Below, in pieces: positions 55,568 to 64,000 of a stretch of 64,000 nucleotides of DNA; the first letter of the stretch is position 1, and each line of letters opens with the position of its first letter. The position numbers were made by a program, and so were the translations under genes. The DNA lies in NCBI GenBank assembly GCA_964440795.1, contig CAYTTQ010000005.1, positions 1,415 to 65,414 on the forward strand. Reading direction: 5' to 3'. This DNA comes from an uncultured Desulfobacterales bacterium (GTDB lineage: Bacteria > Desulfobacterota > Desulfobacteria > Desulfobacterales > C00003060). The notes beneath the pieces are model-generated. The model was given only the letters and a program-made list of their open reading frames with translations, was not told where the DNA came from and ran no database searches.

Positions 55568-57463
55568 TTATTTTGCATCAACCAAAAGGGTTTGTCCAGG
55601 ATATATCTTGGATCGAGGAGTCAGTTGGTTAATCCGCAGGAACCGTTCCAGTTCCATGTTGTGTAATGTGGCAATTCGATACGGGCTATCTCCTTTTTTA
55701 ACTTGGTAACTCCGCGTCCCCTCCAACGCCGTTTCATCCACCCCCTGACGAACCACCAGAACTTGACCCACATGAAGTCGGGTGGAGGTCATGTTATTGA
55801 GGCGCATGATTTCGCGTATGTTCGTGTTGTAAGCCCTGGCAAGCAACCAGAGTGATTCACCTCTTTTGACCCGGTGGCGAAGGGGTTTTGAAGAATCGGC
55901 TTCAGCCGCCTGTCTTGCCAGGACATATGTCCGGCTCTTCCCACGGGCCGGAATCTTCAACCTTTGGCCGACTCTCACATAATTGGCTCTTCGCAGGTTA
56001 TTTGCGTCCATGATAGCTCGAATACTGGTGTGATAGCGATCCGCCAGGTGAGACAACGTCTCTCCGCGGCGGACACGATGATGCGTATAATAGGTTCGTG
56101 GCGGCACATAGGCGGGAATTTCATCAAGCTTGGCCACAAGCGTGGTTCTCTTGCCCTCGGGGACCTTTAGCTCATACGCCTTGGGCGGGGTGACCTTGTA
56201 ACGGAGTTCTGCATTTAACAGCTGCATCTCTGTTTTCGACACCCCCAAAGACTTAGCGACATCCGCCAAACGGACCTGCTTGGATACCTCGACAACTTCA
56301 TACCGAAGCGGCTCGGCGGGGGCATCCAGTTCGACCCCGAACTTTTCCGGGTTGTTGATGATATGCAATGCCGCAAGAAAGCGGGGAACGTAGCGAGCGG
56401 TTTCATAGGGCAGTTGCCGAAACAGATCCCAAAAATCGTCCAGATAATTGATGTTCTGATTTCGAATCAGCCTAAGGACCCTGAACTCACCACAGTTGTA
56501 AGCAGCCAACACGGTACTCCAATCCCCGAATATGTTGTGGAGTTCCTTTAAATAGGCAATAGCGGCGTGGGTCGATTTGCTGACATCCATACGTTCATCA
56601 ACCCAACGATCTCTCGTAAGGCCGAACTTGTATCCCGTGGACGGAATGAACTGCCACAGACCCAAGGCCCTGGCCCGGGAAAGGGCCCTCACTTTGAACC
56701 CACTTTCAATCAATGGCAGCCACGAAAGCTCCTCGGGAATGCCCGCGTCTTTCAGCGCCTGTAAGATAAACGGGCGAAACCTGCCGGCCCGTTCGTAAGA
56801 CTCGAGCAAGAAACGCTTCTCCGGACCTTGAAACCGCTTTATCTCTTTTTCCACATGCTCATTCATGACGGTCGGAATGGCATTGTGGTTACCGTTTACC
56901 GCCGTGCGTTGGGACGCATATATCTCCAACATCCGTTTACAGATCACGAAACGAATTTCTTCCTTTTGCTGAATAAACCGGGGGCGCTCCTTGGTCTCGG
57001 CCTCCAACAGCAGGCTGTACGCCTCATCCAGAGAAGCGATGGCGTTATCAAAATCCCCTTTACTCCAAAAATCTCGGGACGCTTCACAAAACTCCAAGGC
57101 TTCGTCGAGAATCATTTGGGGATCTTTGACGGGCTCGGCTTCCATTGTCCCTTCCGGGGCAAGCGTCGGGCCTGAAGCGACATCGGACAACGACGACGAC
57201 ACCGTACTTCCCGGAGCAGGCACTGGTTTTAAACGACCAACCCCGGAATTCTTGGCGGTGTCCTCGGCCGACAAGGCACCCAAGTCGGCCGGAGTCAAAT
57301 TCGATGGCACCGCTTTGTCGCCTCCACCGGAGCGGGTCGTTTCCAAAACCTCACGGGACGGGCCCGCCGAACCGACGGGTCCCGATTGATGACCCGTCGA
57401 GGAACAAGCACTGATCAAACAACACATCCCAATCAGTAGGCCTTCCTTAAGATATAAACTCAT
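55568..57463 (-). CDS. Lipoprotein lytic transglycosylase (SLT domain) with 3-4 C-terminal LysM repeats (MltD-like)
   Basis: Start MSLYLKEGLLIGMCCLISAC (lipobox). SLT motif ESGFKVRALSRARALGLWQFIPSTG. LysM repeats (HRVRRGETLSHLADRY, HRVKRGESLWLLARAY, YQVKKGDSPYRIA). Confidence 0.88.
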   Translation of the reverse strand: MSLYLKEGLLIGMCCLISACSSTGHQSGPVGSAGPSREVLETTRSGGGDKAVPSNLTPADLGALSAEDTAKNSGVGRLKPVPAPGSTVSSSLSDVASGPTLAPEGTMEAEPVKDPQMILDEALEFCEASRDFWSKGDFDNAIASLDEAYSLLLEAETKERPRFIQQKEEIRFVICKRMLEIYASQRTAVNGNHNAIPTVMNEHVEKEIKRFQGPEKRFLLESYERAGRFRPFILQALKDAGIPEELSWLPLIESGFKVRALSRARALGLWQFIPSTGYKFGLTRDRWVDERMDVSKSTHAAIAYLKELHNIFGDWSTVLAAYNCGEFRVLRLIRNQNINYLDDFWDLFRQLPYETARYVPRFLAALHIINNPEKFGVELDAPAEPLRYEVVEVSKQVRLADVAKSLGVSKTEMQLLNAELRYKVTPPKAYELKVPEGKRTTLVAKLDEIPAYVPPRTYYTHHRVRRGETLSHLADRYHTSIRAIMDANNLRRANYVRVGQRLKIPARGKSRTYVLARQAAEADSSKPLRHRVKRGESLWLLARAYNTNIREIMRLNNMTSTRLHVGQVLVVRQGVDETALEGTRSYQVKKGDSPYRIATLHNMELERFLRINQLTPRSKIYPGQTLLVDAK

Positions 57464-57804
57464 GTCGTCTCCCTTGTCATTTTGATCGCGATCGGAACCA
57501 TCCAAGAAGCTTAGGACCATCCGTGAAGCTTCGGATTATGATAAAGCCTGTTGTAGACTTGGGCGGCACTTGTTACCAGTCCCCAACTATCTTGTCAACC
57601 TCCATACACCCCCGGCGGGGATAAACCTCTCCTGATAACCCGCGTGTTATCGGCTGAACCTGCACGGCTTTCCAAGTCTTGCGATCTTTTTTCACACCTT
57701 CCGGGCCACGTCAAGTTCTGCCCGTGTTTCTCGCCGGAAGTCATAATGCTTGCAAGCAAGCTTCATGCCCTGCAAAAAAGAAGGGGACTTTCTTCGACAG
57801 GATG

Positions 57805-57990
57805 CTAAGGGTTCGCGCAAAAATAACTTCACAGAATGGGCGCTCGGATTTGGTTCGGATTTGCCCGATCCGATTGAGCAAAATCGCAGGCATAGCAGGC
57901 TATGTCGAGGTTTTGCGAGTGAGGTATCGGGCAAAGACGGGCGGAAGCCGAGATGGCAAAATGTGAAGTTATTTTTGCGCGAGCCCTAAG
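57805..57990. repeat. 186-bp palindromic element with 29-nt terminal arms pairing at 27 of 29 positions (inner 21 perfect)
   Basis: Left arm CTAAGGGTTCGCGCAAAAATAACTTCACA (57805-57833). Right arm TGTGAAGTTATTTTTGCGCGAGCCCTAAG (57962-57990). The right arm covers the hflX stop codon. Confidence 0.85.
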
Positions 57991-59680
57991 TGCCGCCCAC
58001 ATGGGCTTCAATCTTTTCAAGCAACGGCCCCAGCGACTCTTTGTCTTGTGCCGAGATGGCAATACCTCCCCATCTACGGGAAAGCCGCTGCACGGCCGCA
58101 CCGGCGAGGCGGTCTTTTTTGTTGAACACGCGAACCAACGGTATCCGATCCAGCTGAAGCTCTTCCAATATGCGTTCCACCGATTCGATCTGACTCGGGA
58201 AATCCGGATTGCTCAAATCAATCAAATGAATAAGCACGTCGGCATCGCCGAGTTCCTCCAGGGTGGCCCGAAATGCCGTCACCAATTCCCGGGGCAGCTT
58301 TCGGATGAAACCGACGGTATCGGTGACAATGATCTCGGCATCTTTGGGGAGGCGTTTTCGCCGGGTGGTGGGATCCAAGGTCGCAAATAATTTGCTCTCC
58401 ACCAAAACAGAACTATTGGTCAGTGTGTTGAGCAGGGTCGACTTACCGGCATTCGTATAACCGACGATAGATACAATCGGCAACCCTTTCTTTTTTCTCT
58501 TGGCCCGCCGCTGGTCACGTTGTTTCCGAAAACCTTTTAACAGCTTTTCGAGTTGGGCGATTCGTTTTCGGACCCGACGACGATCCACCTCTAACTTGGT
58601 CTCCCCCGGTCCACGCCCCCCGATACCACCGGTGAGACGAGACATGGCGGTCCCTTTACCGACCAAGCGGGGCAACAGGTACTTGAGCTGGGCCAATTCC
58701 ACCTGAATCTTTCCCTCGCGGCTCTGGGCCCTCTGGGCAAAAATGTCCAGGATGAGCTGGGTGCGATCGATCACCCTCAAGTCCGTACAGTCGGTTATGG
58801 AACGCACCTGAGAGGGATTGAGTTCTTGGTCGAAGATCAACAGATCCGCCCCCTTTTGAAGTGCCAGGATCACCAACTCACTCAGTTTTCCCTTTCCCAT
58901 CAGAAACCGGGGGCTGACCGCCCGCCGTCGCTGAATGACCGTATCCACCGCACCGATCCCGCAGGTTCCGGCCAATTGCCTGAGCTCATGAGTCGAGGCT
59001 TGCGCTTCCTTCCGGGGCCGGGTTGATACGCTTACCACGATGGCACGATCCCCCTGACGCTTGATTTTTTGAACCGGTAATTGGGATGCAAATTCGGATT
59101 CGAGAGACCGGATAAGGCGCTGGCAATCAAGATCCAACTCAGCCGGCCTTACAGGAGACAAGACCTCCCAGTTTTCTTTGCCCGTGTCTTGGGGAAGCAG
59201 ATGGGCCACATGCAGGTTTTCCGGGTTTCCGTCTTCCCCGATCGTGACTGCCGCCATCAGATCCAACCGCAAAAACGTCAGATCCATAAGGTCGTCGTGG
59301 GAAAGGGCCTCGTGTTTCAAATGGGTATGGATACACCGCAAGCCCTTCAGCCGCTGTCCCCCGGTACGATACTTGTCTAAACTCGGAATGACGATTCCTT
59401 GGTAATTGCCGACCACTACGTATACGATCCGACCCCGTCGGTCGATCAGGAGACCGATCTGCCGGCGCATTTCCGCCGACAACCGGCAGATGGTTTTGGT
59501 AAGCTCATAGGAAAGCACGTCTGCTGGGGACGTCTTGCGGCGATACAGGTTTCCTAAACGCCGGACCTGGTTTGCCTTTAACCCCCCCGTATTGCCATAA
59601 ACCCTAATATATTCACCCCTCAACGTTGATGGTGTCGTAAAAAGTCGAGTTAAGCCGCGCCGCTGGCCTCCTGTTGACAA
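57986..59680 (-). CDS. hflX: GTPase HflX (long form with N-terminal extension)
   Basis: G1 VGYTNAGKST, G3 DTVGF, G4 NKKD. HflX N-domain. The start is uncertain (TTG 59680 or TTG 59623), because the first ~17 codons lie inside a repeat-family copy. Confidence 0.88.
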   Translation of the reverse strand: MSTGGQRRGLTRLFTTPSTLRGEYIRVYGNTGGLKANQVRRLGNLYRRKTSPADVLSYELTKTICRLSAEMRRQIGLLIDRRGRIVYVVVGNYQGIVIPSLDKYRTGGQRLKGLRCIHTHLKHEALSHDDLMDLTFLRLDLMAAVTIGEDGNPENLHVAHLLPQDTGKENWEVLSPVRPAELDLDCQRLIRSLESEFASQLPVQKIKRQGDRAIVVSVSTRPRKEAQASTHELRQLAGTCGIGAVDTVIQRRRAVSPRFLMGKGKLSELVILALQKGADLLIFDQELNPSQVRSITDCTDLRVIDRTQLILDIFAQRAQSREGKIQVELAQLKYLLPRLVGKGTAMSRLTGGIGGRGPGETKLEVDRRRVRKRIAQLEKLLKGFRKQRDQRRAKRKKKGLPIVSIVGYTNAGKSTLLNTLTNSSVLVESKLFATLDPTTRRKRLPKDAEIIVTDTVGFIRKLPRELVTAFRATLEELGDADVLIHLIDLSNPDFPSQIESVERILEELQLDRIPLVRVFNKKDRLAGAAVQRLSRRWGGIAISAQDKESLGPLLEKIEAHVGGT

Positions 59681-59710
59681 CGAACTGGATCAACCGTGGT
59701 GTGTCAAACC
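59631..59710 (-). repeat. Copy of dispersed repeat family R (inverted relative to the copy at 60250)
   Basis: The reverse complement reads GGTTTGACACACCACGGTTGATCCAGTTCGTTGTCAACAGGAGGCCAGCGGCGCGGCTTAACTCGACTTTTTACGACACCATCAACGTTG. Confidence 0.8.
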
Positions 59711-59724
59711 GTATTGCCGCGTAA

Positions 59725-59928
59725 GGTTCAGGACGGTCTCAGATTTTAATGCTGCTAAAACTCAGCCGTAAGAGTCCCTAAGTTTCGTTGCGGCCGGGTT
59801 TGTTAAATTGACCATGTGGATTTGCCAAGATATGTGGTGCCTGTTGAATGTCAAAGGAACAACGAAACCAAGGGACTCTAACGGCTTCAAACAGTTAGCC
59901 CCATTAAAATCTGAGACCGTCCTGAACC
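59725..59928. repeat. 204-bp palindromic (MITE-like) element with perfect 27-bp terminal inverted repeats and a second imperfect stem
   Basis: GGTTCAGGACGGTCTCAGATTTTAATG (59725-59751) pairs with CATTAAAATCTGAGACCGTCCTGAACC (59902-59928). The inner arms 59764-59790 and 59860-59886 pair with 3 mismatches. Confidence 0.88.
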
Positions 59929-59962
59929 GATAACGTTTTCATAAAGTCGATCAACTTGGGCT

Positions 59963-60139
59963 AAGTTCGTTGGAAGTCCAATATCTGCGTTGCGCTGCAT
60001 CCCTCGTCACTGCGGCGTACGCTAAGTACGCCTCATTCCTCAGGATTTGCGGCGCCTTGTTGGAGCGAAGCGGAAATCCCGCTATCGGGGATCTTGAACT
60101 TTTTACTTAGCCATCTAAAATCGGACTTCCAACGAAGTT
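59963..60139. repeat. Second inverted-repeat unit (17-nt arms, 14 perfect pairs) enclosing ~140 bp with further small hairpins
   Basis: AAGTTCGTTGGAAGTCC (59963-59979) pairs with GGACTTCCAACGAAGTT (60123-60139). Internal hairpin GGCGTAC-gctaa-GTACGCC. Confidence 0.7.
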
Positions 60140-60249
60140 GACTTGTCTTGTTTGAGAAGGTCGCGCGTTGGGGCCGCTTCAAATTTCAAGGCGCCTAAAA
60201 CTCGGCCCCAACGCTTGTAGGTCAGGTTAGGCCGCCAGGCGTTACCTGA

Positions 60250-60331
60250 CAAGTCGGTGATCAAGTTCGTTACCGATAGGAAGCCGCGGTAGCGGCTTAA
60301 ACCGGCTTTTTACGACGCCATCAACTTTGGG
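60250..60331 (+). repeat. Copy of dispersed repeat family R, immediately 3' of dnaB
   Basis: CAAGTCGGTGATCAAGTTCGTTACCGATAGGAAGCCGCGGTAGCGGCTTAAACCGGCTTTTTACGACGCCATCAACTTTGGG. Hairpin AAGCCGC-ggta-GCGGCTT. Confidence 0.8.
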
Positions 60332-60337
60332 CTTCAC

Positions 60338-61696
60338 TTATTCCACGGCCATGGATCGATTTTCAAAGCGAGTAAACTCTTCCAGGAAGGTCAGATTCAC
60401 GGTTCCTGTGGGCCCGTTTCGTTGCTTCGCCACGGAGAGTTCCGCCAATCTCATTTTGGCCTGATCCACCTGTTTGTTGTATACTTCTTCGCGGTAGACA
60501 AAAATGATTACATCGGCGTCCTGTTCAATGGCACCGGATTCTCTGAGATCCGATAGCACGGGTCGCTTGTTGGTACGGTCTTCCACCTTACGGTTGAGCT
60601 GGGACAACGCTATGACCGGAATAGCAAGTTCTTTGGCCAAGGCCTTTAAGGATCTTGAAATCTCGGATATTTCCAGCTCTCGTCGTTCCGCTGAGGTACG
60701 CCCCTTCATTAATTGCAGGTAATCAATGGCGATTAGACCCAGACCTTTTTCCATCTTCATTCGACGGGCTTTGGCCCGAATCTCCAAGGCGGAAATCGAC
60801 GGCGTGTCATCAATAAACAAGTTCGTGTCGTAAAGAACGCCTGCCGCTCGATTGATTTTTTCCAAATCTTCCTGGTTTAAGAAACCGCCTCGCATTCGCG
60901 TGGAGTCCACCCCCGCTTCCGAGGAGAGCATGCGTAGCGACAACTGTTCCTTGGACATTTCAAGAGAAAAAATGGCGGCGGGCTCACCGGATTCCTGCGC
61001 CGCATTGCGGGCGATATTCAATGCAAGGGCCGTTTTCCCCATGGCGGGTCGACCGGCGATAATAATCAGATCGCCCCGTTGAAACCCGGACGTCTTCTGA
61101 TCCAAGTCCTTAAATCCACTGGAAATTCCCGTAACAAGCGCCTTGTTCTCATATGCCTCCTCGACCGCACGGTAGGTGTCCGTCAATATGTCTTTCAAGG
61201 CATAAAACGACGGTTTGACCTTATTTTCCGAAATTTCGAATATACTGCGTTCCGCAAAGTCCAGGATACCTTCGGTGTCCCCCTTGTCCTCGAAACACCG
61301 GGTGGTAATGGCGGCCGATTTCTCAATGAGCCTCCTGAGAATTGCTTTTTCCTGCACAATTTTCGCATATTGACTGGCATTCACCGCCATGGGCACCACG
61401 TCCACCAAATCCGCCAAATAGGAGGCACCCCCGACAGCCTCCAATTGTCCTTGTTGTTTGAGCAGATTGGTCAGGGTGATCAGGTCGGCGGGCTCGTTGC
61501 GTTCAAACAGGTCCACCATGGCCTTAAAAATCTTCCCGTGGATTTCCCGATAGAAGTCTTGCGGAGACAGGACCTCCAGGACCTCGGGGAGGACTTGATT
61601 GTCAATCAAGACAGCGCTGAGAATCGACTGCTCTGCATCCACGCTGTTGGGGGGGACCTTTTGTAACCAGGAATCCTGTGTCGCCATATTGCCCAT
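60338..61696 (-). CDS. dnaB: Replicative DNA helicase
   Basis: PPNSVDAEQSILSAVL N-terminus, Walker A AGRPAMGKTA, DYLQLM. Start is ATG 61696 (TAATG overlap with rplI) or ATG 61687. The listed 73-aa extension was rejected. Confidence 0.93.
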   Translation of the reverse strand: MGNMATQDSWLQKVPPNSVDAEQSILSAVLIDNQVLPEVLEVLSPQDFYREIHGKIFKAMVDLFERNEPADLITLTNLLKQQGQLEAVGGASYLADLVDVVPMAVNASQYAKIVQEKAILRRLIEKSAAITTRCFEDKGDTEGILDFAERSIFEISENKVKPSFYALKDILTDTYRAVEEAYENKALVTGISSGFKDLDQKTSGFQRGDLIIIAGRPAMGKTALALNIARNAAQESGEPAAIFSLEMSKEQLSLRMLSSEAGVDSTRMRGGFLNQEDLEKINRAAGVLYDTNLFIDDTPSISALEIRAKARRMKMEKGLGLIAIDYLQLMKGRTSAERRELEISEISRSLKALAKELAIPVIALSQLNRKVEDRTNKRPVLSDLRESGAIEQDADVIIFVYREEVYNKQVDQAKMRLAELSVAKQRNGPTGTVNLTFLEEFTRFENRSMAVE

Positions 61697-62151
61697 TACT
61701 CTTCCGGAAGGACTTCCACCGTGATTTCCGGTTTTACCTCCGGATACAGCTGAATGGCAACGGTGTACGATCCGACAGATTTGATCGGTTCGGTGAGCAG
61801 AATCATTTTCTTGTCTACGTCGAGTCCCAATTCTTGTAACTTCGCCTCGATATCTCTGACGCCGACGGAACCATAGAGCCGATCTTCCTCGGAAACTTTG
61901 GCCACAATTTGACACACGGTGCCTTCCACTTGCTTGGCCATCTCTTCCGCCTTTTTTCTATCCTTCATGGCCCGAAGCTCAAGGTGTTTCCACTCTTGTT
62001 CGATCATTTTTCTATTGGTCGGGCTCGCCGGGACCGCTTTTTTTTGGGGAAGGAGGTAGTTTCTCGCATATCCCTTGGCCACCACCACCTCATCTCCGAC
62101 GCTGCCCAACGATTCGACCGCCTCTTTAAGAATTACTTTCATTGTCGTCAC
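61696..62151 (-). CDS. rplI: 50S ribosomal protein L9
   Basis: MKVILKE.V..LG..G..V.V..GYARNYLLP signature. Confidence 0.92.
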   Translation of the reverse strand: MTTMKVILKEAVESLGSVGDEVVVAKGYARNYLLPQKKAVPASPTNRKMIEQEWKHLELRAMKDRKKAEEMAKQVEGTVCQIVAKVSEEDRLYGSVGVRDIEAKLQELGLDVDKKMILLTEPIKSVGSYTVAIQLYPEVKPEITVEVLPEE

Positions 62152-63100
62152 TCACCCCTTTTTTCATTCGTCTGAAATCAACCCATAAATCAAAGAATCC
62201 CAATGCAATCACCAGCAGCAGTATAAACTGTTGTAATACAATAAGCCCGTAAAGAATGACGCGGAGTAATCGCGGAAACCGCTTTTTCTCAAAAAAGAAA
62301 GAAACAATGGCGATACCCTGAAAAAAATATACCATCATCATGATGATGAGCATATTGATGCCCAAAAACTTGAGGCCGTTGTGTGGAATAAGGAGCAAAA
62401 ACCCCGAAAATATAGCCACCCAAACCAACCGTTCCGGCGCCTTCCACTCATTGAGCGCCCCGAAGGCGGGATAAAAGAGTTTTCTGCTGCGCAACAGCGG
62501 GCGGGCTAAAAGCAGATTGCCCCAGACGACCAAAAGCACGGACACCACGACGATGGCGGGCATGATGCGCACCATCACGTACAAGATACCTTCCATAGAC
62601 TGGGAGAGCGCATTGATCTGGTCTGCAGGGATATCCATCTGTCGATACATGTCCATCGCCAGCTCAAGATTTCGGGAAAGATATTGAGTCAACCGATCCC
62701 ACAACGTACCGGTCGAAAACATTTCGTAGATCGCCACCACGGCCAGGCCCACCAAAAGTACCAAGCCGGTGGTAAGCCCTATCGTCTTTTCCAGAGACAG
62801 ATCGCGTTCAAACATCTCGGACAAGACAAACCCGATGAGCCCCAGCTCGAAGAAAAAAACGGCCGGGGTCAGGGAACGCCACTGCATGGCAAAGGCCACG
62901 ATCACCGTAACACAAACCAGGATCAAGGCTCCCTGAGAACGACCCAGCCTCGACCTGTAGAAGAGAACCGGCAGGGGGACAAACACACTTATAAAGAGAC
63001 CGATCACGGGAAGGTATAGGCCCGCCAAAGCAAGGAGGGCAGTGATTCCCGTGGCGGTCAAAAACTCCTTGTGCCCTTTTCGTACGTCCGTATCGTTCAC
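62126..63100 (-). CDS. DUF2232 (YybS-like) polytopic membrane protein
   Basis: Multi-TM protein in the conserved slot between rpsR and rplI. Confidence 0.72.
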   Translation of the reverse strand: MNDTDVRKGHKEFLTATGITALLALAGLYLPVIGLFISVFVPLPVLFYRSRLGRSQGALILVCVTVIVAFAMQWRSLTPAVFFFELGLIGFVLSEMFERDLSLEKTIGLTTGLVLLVGLAVVAIYEMFSTGTLWDRLTQYLSRNLELAMDMYRQMDIPADQINALSQSMEGILYVMVRIMPAIVVVSVLLVVWGNLLLARPLLRSRKLFYPAFGALNEWKAPERLVWVAIFSGFLLLIPHNGLKFLGINMLIIMMMVYFFQGIAIVSFFFEKKRFPRLLRVILYGLIVLQQFILLLVIALGFFDLWVDFRRMKKGVSDDNESNS

Positions 63101-63163
63101 TGGACCCTTTTCCTCCCCCTACCTCCCGTCCTTGCGGAAGGCCGTGAACGGACGAAGACCCAT

Positions 63164-63439
63164 CTATCCGAAGCTGAGCCTGGCGGCGTAAGGCATAAGC
63201 GCAATCGTGCGGGCCCTTTTGATTGCTACCGTCAACTGACGTTGGTGTTTTGCACAATTCCCCGATATCCGCCGAGGAATAATCTTGCCGCGTTCGGTGG
63301 TAAAGAGTCTCAGGGTTCGCGGATCCTTGTAATCAATTGCCATGTTTCGATCGGCACAAAAACGGCAGATTTTTTTTCGCCGGCGAAAAACCCGACGTCC
63401 GCCCTTCTGGGGCCTGCCCTTCGGTCTAAATGCTGTCAT
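63164..63439 (-). CDS. rpsR: 30S ribosomal protein S18
   Basis: [15 protein letters not shown]...[33 protein letters not shown]. Start at MTAFRPKG, overlapping the rpsF 3' end by 14 nt. Confidence 0.9.
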   Translation of the reverse strand: MTAFRPKGRPQKGGRRVFRRRKKICRFCADRNMAIDYKDPRTLRLFTTERGKIIPRRISGNCAKHQRQLTVAIKRARTIALMPYAARLSFG

Positions 63440-63914
63440 TCGGAGTCGCCTCCTTTTCACTGGTTTCTACGCTGTCCGACGGAACCGAAGACGTATCCTC
63501 TGAGGGTGTCTCCGTGGTGCCGGCCTCCACTGATGAAGCCGGGGTCTCTTGCTCGGCAACGGTTTCGGTCTCCGTCTCTTTCGGCTTCGCGGCCTCGATT
63601 TCCGCCTTGACCGCTTCCTTGTCAACTTCTTGAGACGTGCAGATGGTCATGTACTTTAAGGAACGGTCATCCAAGCGGATATTTCGTTCTACTTCTTTGA
63701 CCAGCGGCCCGTCTCCACAAAACTCGAAGAAACCGTAGTACCCCCGGGTTTCCTTCTTGATTTCATAGGCAAGTCGGCGTTGCCCCCACTCTTCGAACCG
63801 AATCAAGAGCCCGCCGGAGCTGGAAATCAGTGCGATCACTTTGTCAAAAAAGGCTTGGCGTTCTTCCTGGGAAACGGACGGACGGACAATAATGGTGGTC
63901 TCGTATCTTCTCAT
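63426..63914 (-). CDS. rpsF: 30S ribosomal protein S6 with an acidic/T-E-rich C-terminal extension
   Basis: [13 protein letters not shown]...[12 protein letters not shown] core, then an ~60-aa E/T/S-rich tail. Confidence 0.9.
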   Translation of the reverse strand: MRRYETTIIVRPSVSQEERQAFFDKVIALISSSGGLLIRFEEWGQRRLAYEIKKETRGYYGFFEFCGDGPLVKEVERNIRLDDRSLKYMTICTSQEVDKEAVKAEIEAAKPKETETETVAEQETPASSVEAGTTETPSEDTSSVPSDSVETSEKEATPNDSI

Positions 63915-64000
63915 ATATCCTCCTTCTGGATGTTATTAGCCCCCGCATGGAGCAAGGAGTTGGAAAAATGATTAATTTACATGCCGTTTGTTGCATTGTC

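Noticed and set aside
59725-59928. Long hairpin considered as 6S RNA, or the spacer as RNase P, tmRNA or SRP RNA
   Set aside because: The 27-bp perfectly paired termini are unlike the bulged 6S closing stem. The conserved RNase P (GAGGAAAGTCCGGGC), SRP (GGAAGCAGCC) and tmRNA tag features are absent. A partial copy of the flank recurs at 12941, which favours a mobile or repeat element.

Overview
This is a gene-dense bacterial chromosomal window. The gene content points to an anaerobic Desulfobacterota/Deltaproteobacteria-type organism, but that is an inference from content, not a database match. Housekeeping blocks that I read directly from the translations: carB (5'-truncated by the window edge), divergent serC/serA, DUF1844-htrA, ispE-tRNA(Gln)-prs-rplY(ctc)-pth-hppA, carD-rluD, fba, tRNA-Arg(CCT), an MltD-like lytic transglycosylase, hflX, and rpsF-rpsR-DUF2232-rplI-dnaB. 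Between them lie energy-metabolism and signalling islands. (1) GAF-ANTAR, then iorAB, then a stand-alone FMN glutamate-synthase-domain protein. (2) An atypical Rnf operon, cytochrome c3-like-rnfCDGEAB. Its RnfC has lost the NADH/FMN glycine loop, and its RnfB is fused to a GltD/NfnB-type NAD(P)H flavoprotein. A [NiFe]-hydrogenase large-subunit stump follows it. (3) An 11-gene Mrp/Mbh-type antiporter-like cluster with three antiporter-like subunits. It sits behind a textbook sigma-54 promoter, next to a sensor-less sigma-54 activator, a separate receiver protein, and a CBS/PAS-kinase operon with a near-identical sigma-54 promoter. (4) A NuoE/NuoF/2Fe2S-GltD trio resembling Bfu-type (Stn/NfnABC-like) transhydrogenases. 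(5) Unusual c-di-GMP and two-component proteins: a GGQEF protein with a tandem MshEN-motif tail, DHp-only sensor proteins, and a HAMP-like mini-ORF. Non-coding DNA contains two short tandem-repeat arrays and a dispersed family of palindromic (REP/MITE-like) repeats. These repeats pile up into a ~700 bp ORF-free mosaic between dnaB and hflX. Two gene stumps (hydrogenase, pyrE) mark past rearrangements. I saw no CRISPR array, rRNA, transposase or prophage genes. Function calls rest on motifs visible in the translations and on remembered family signatures. No searches were run.
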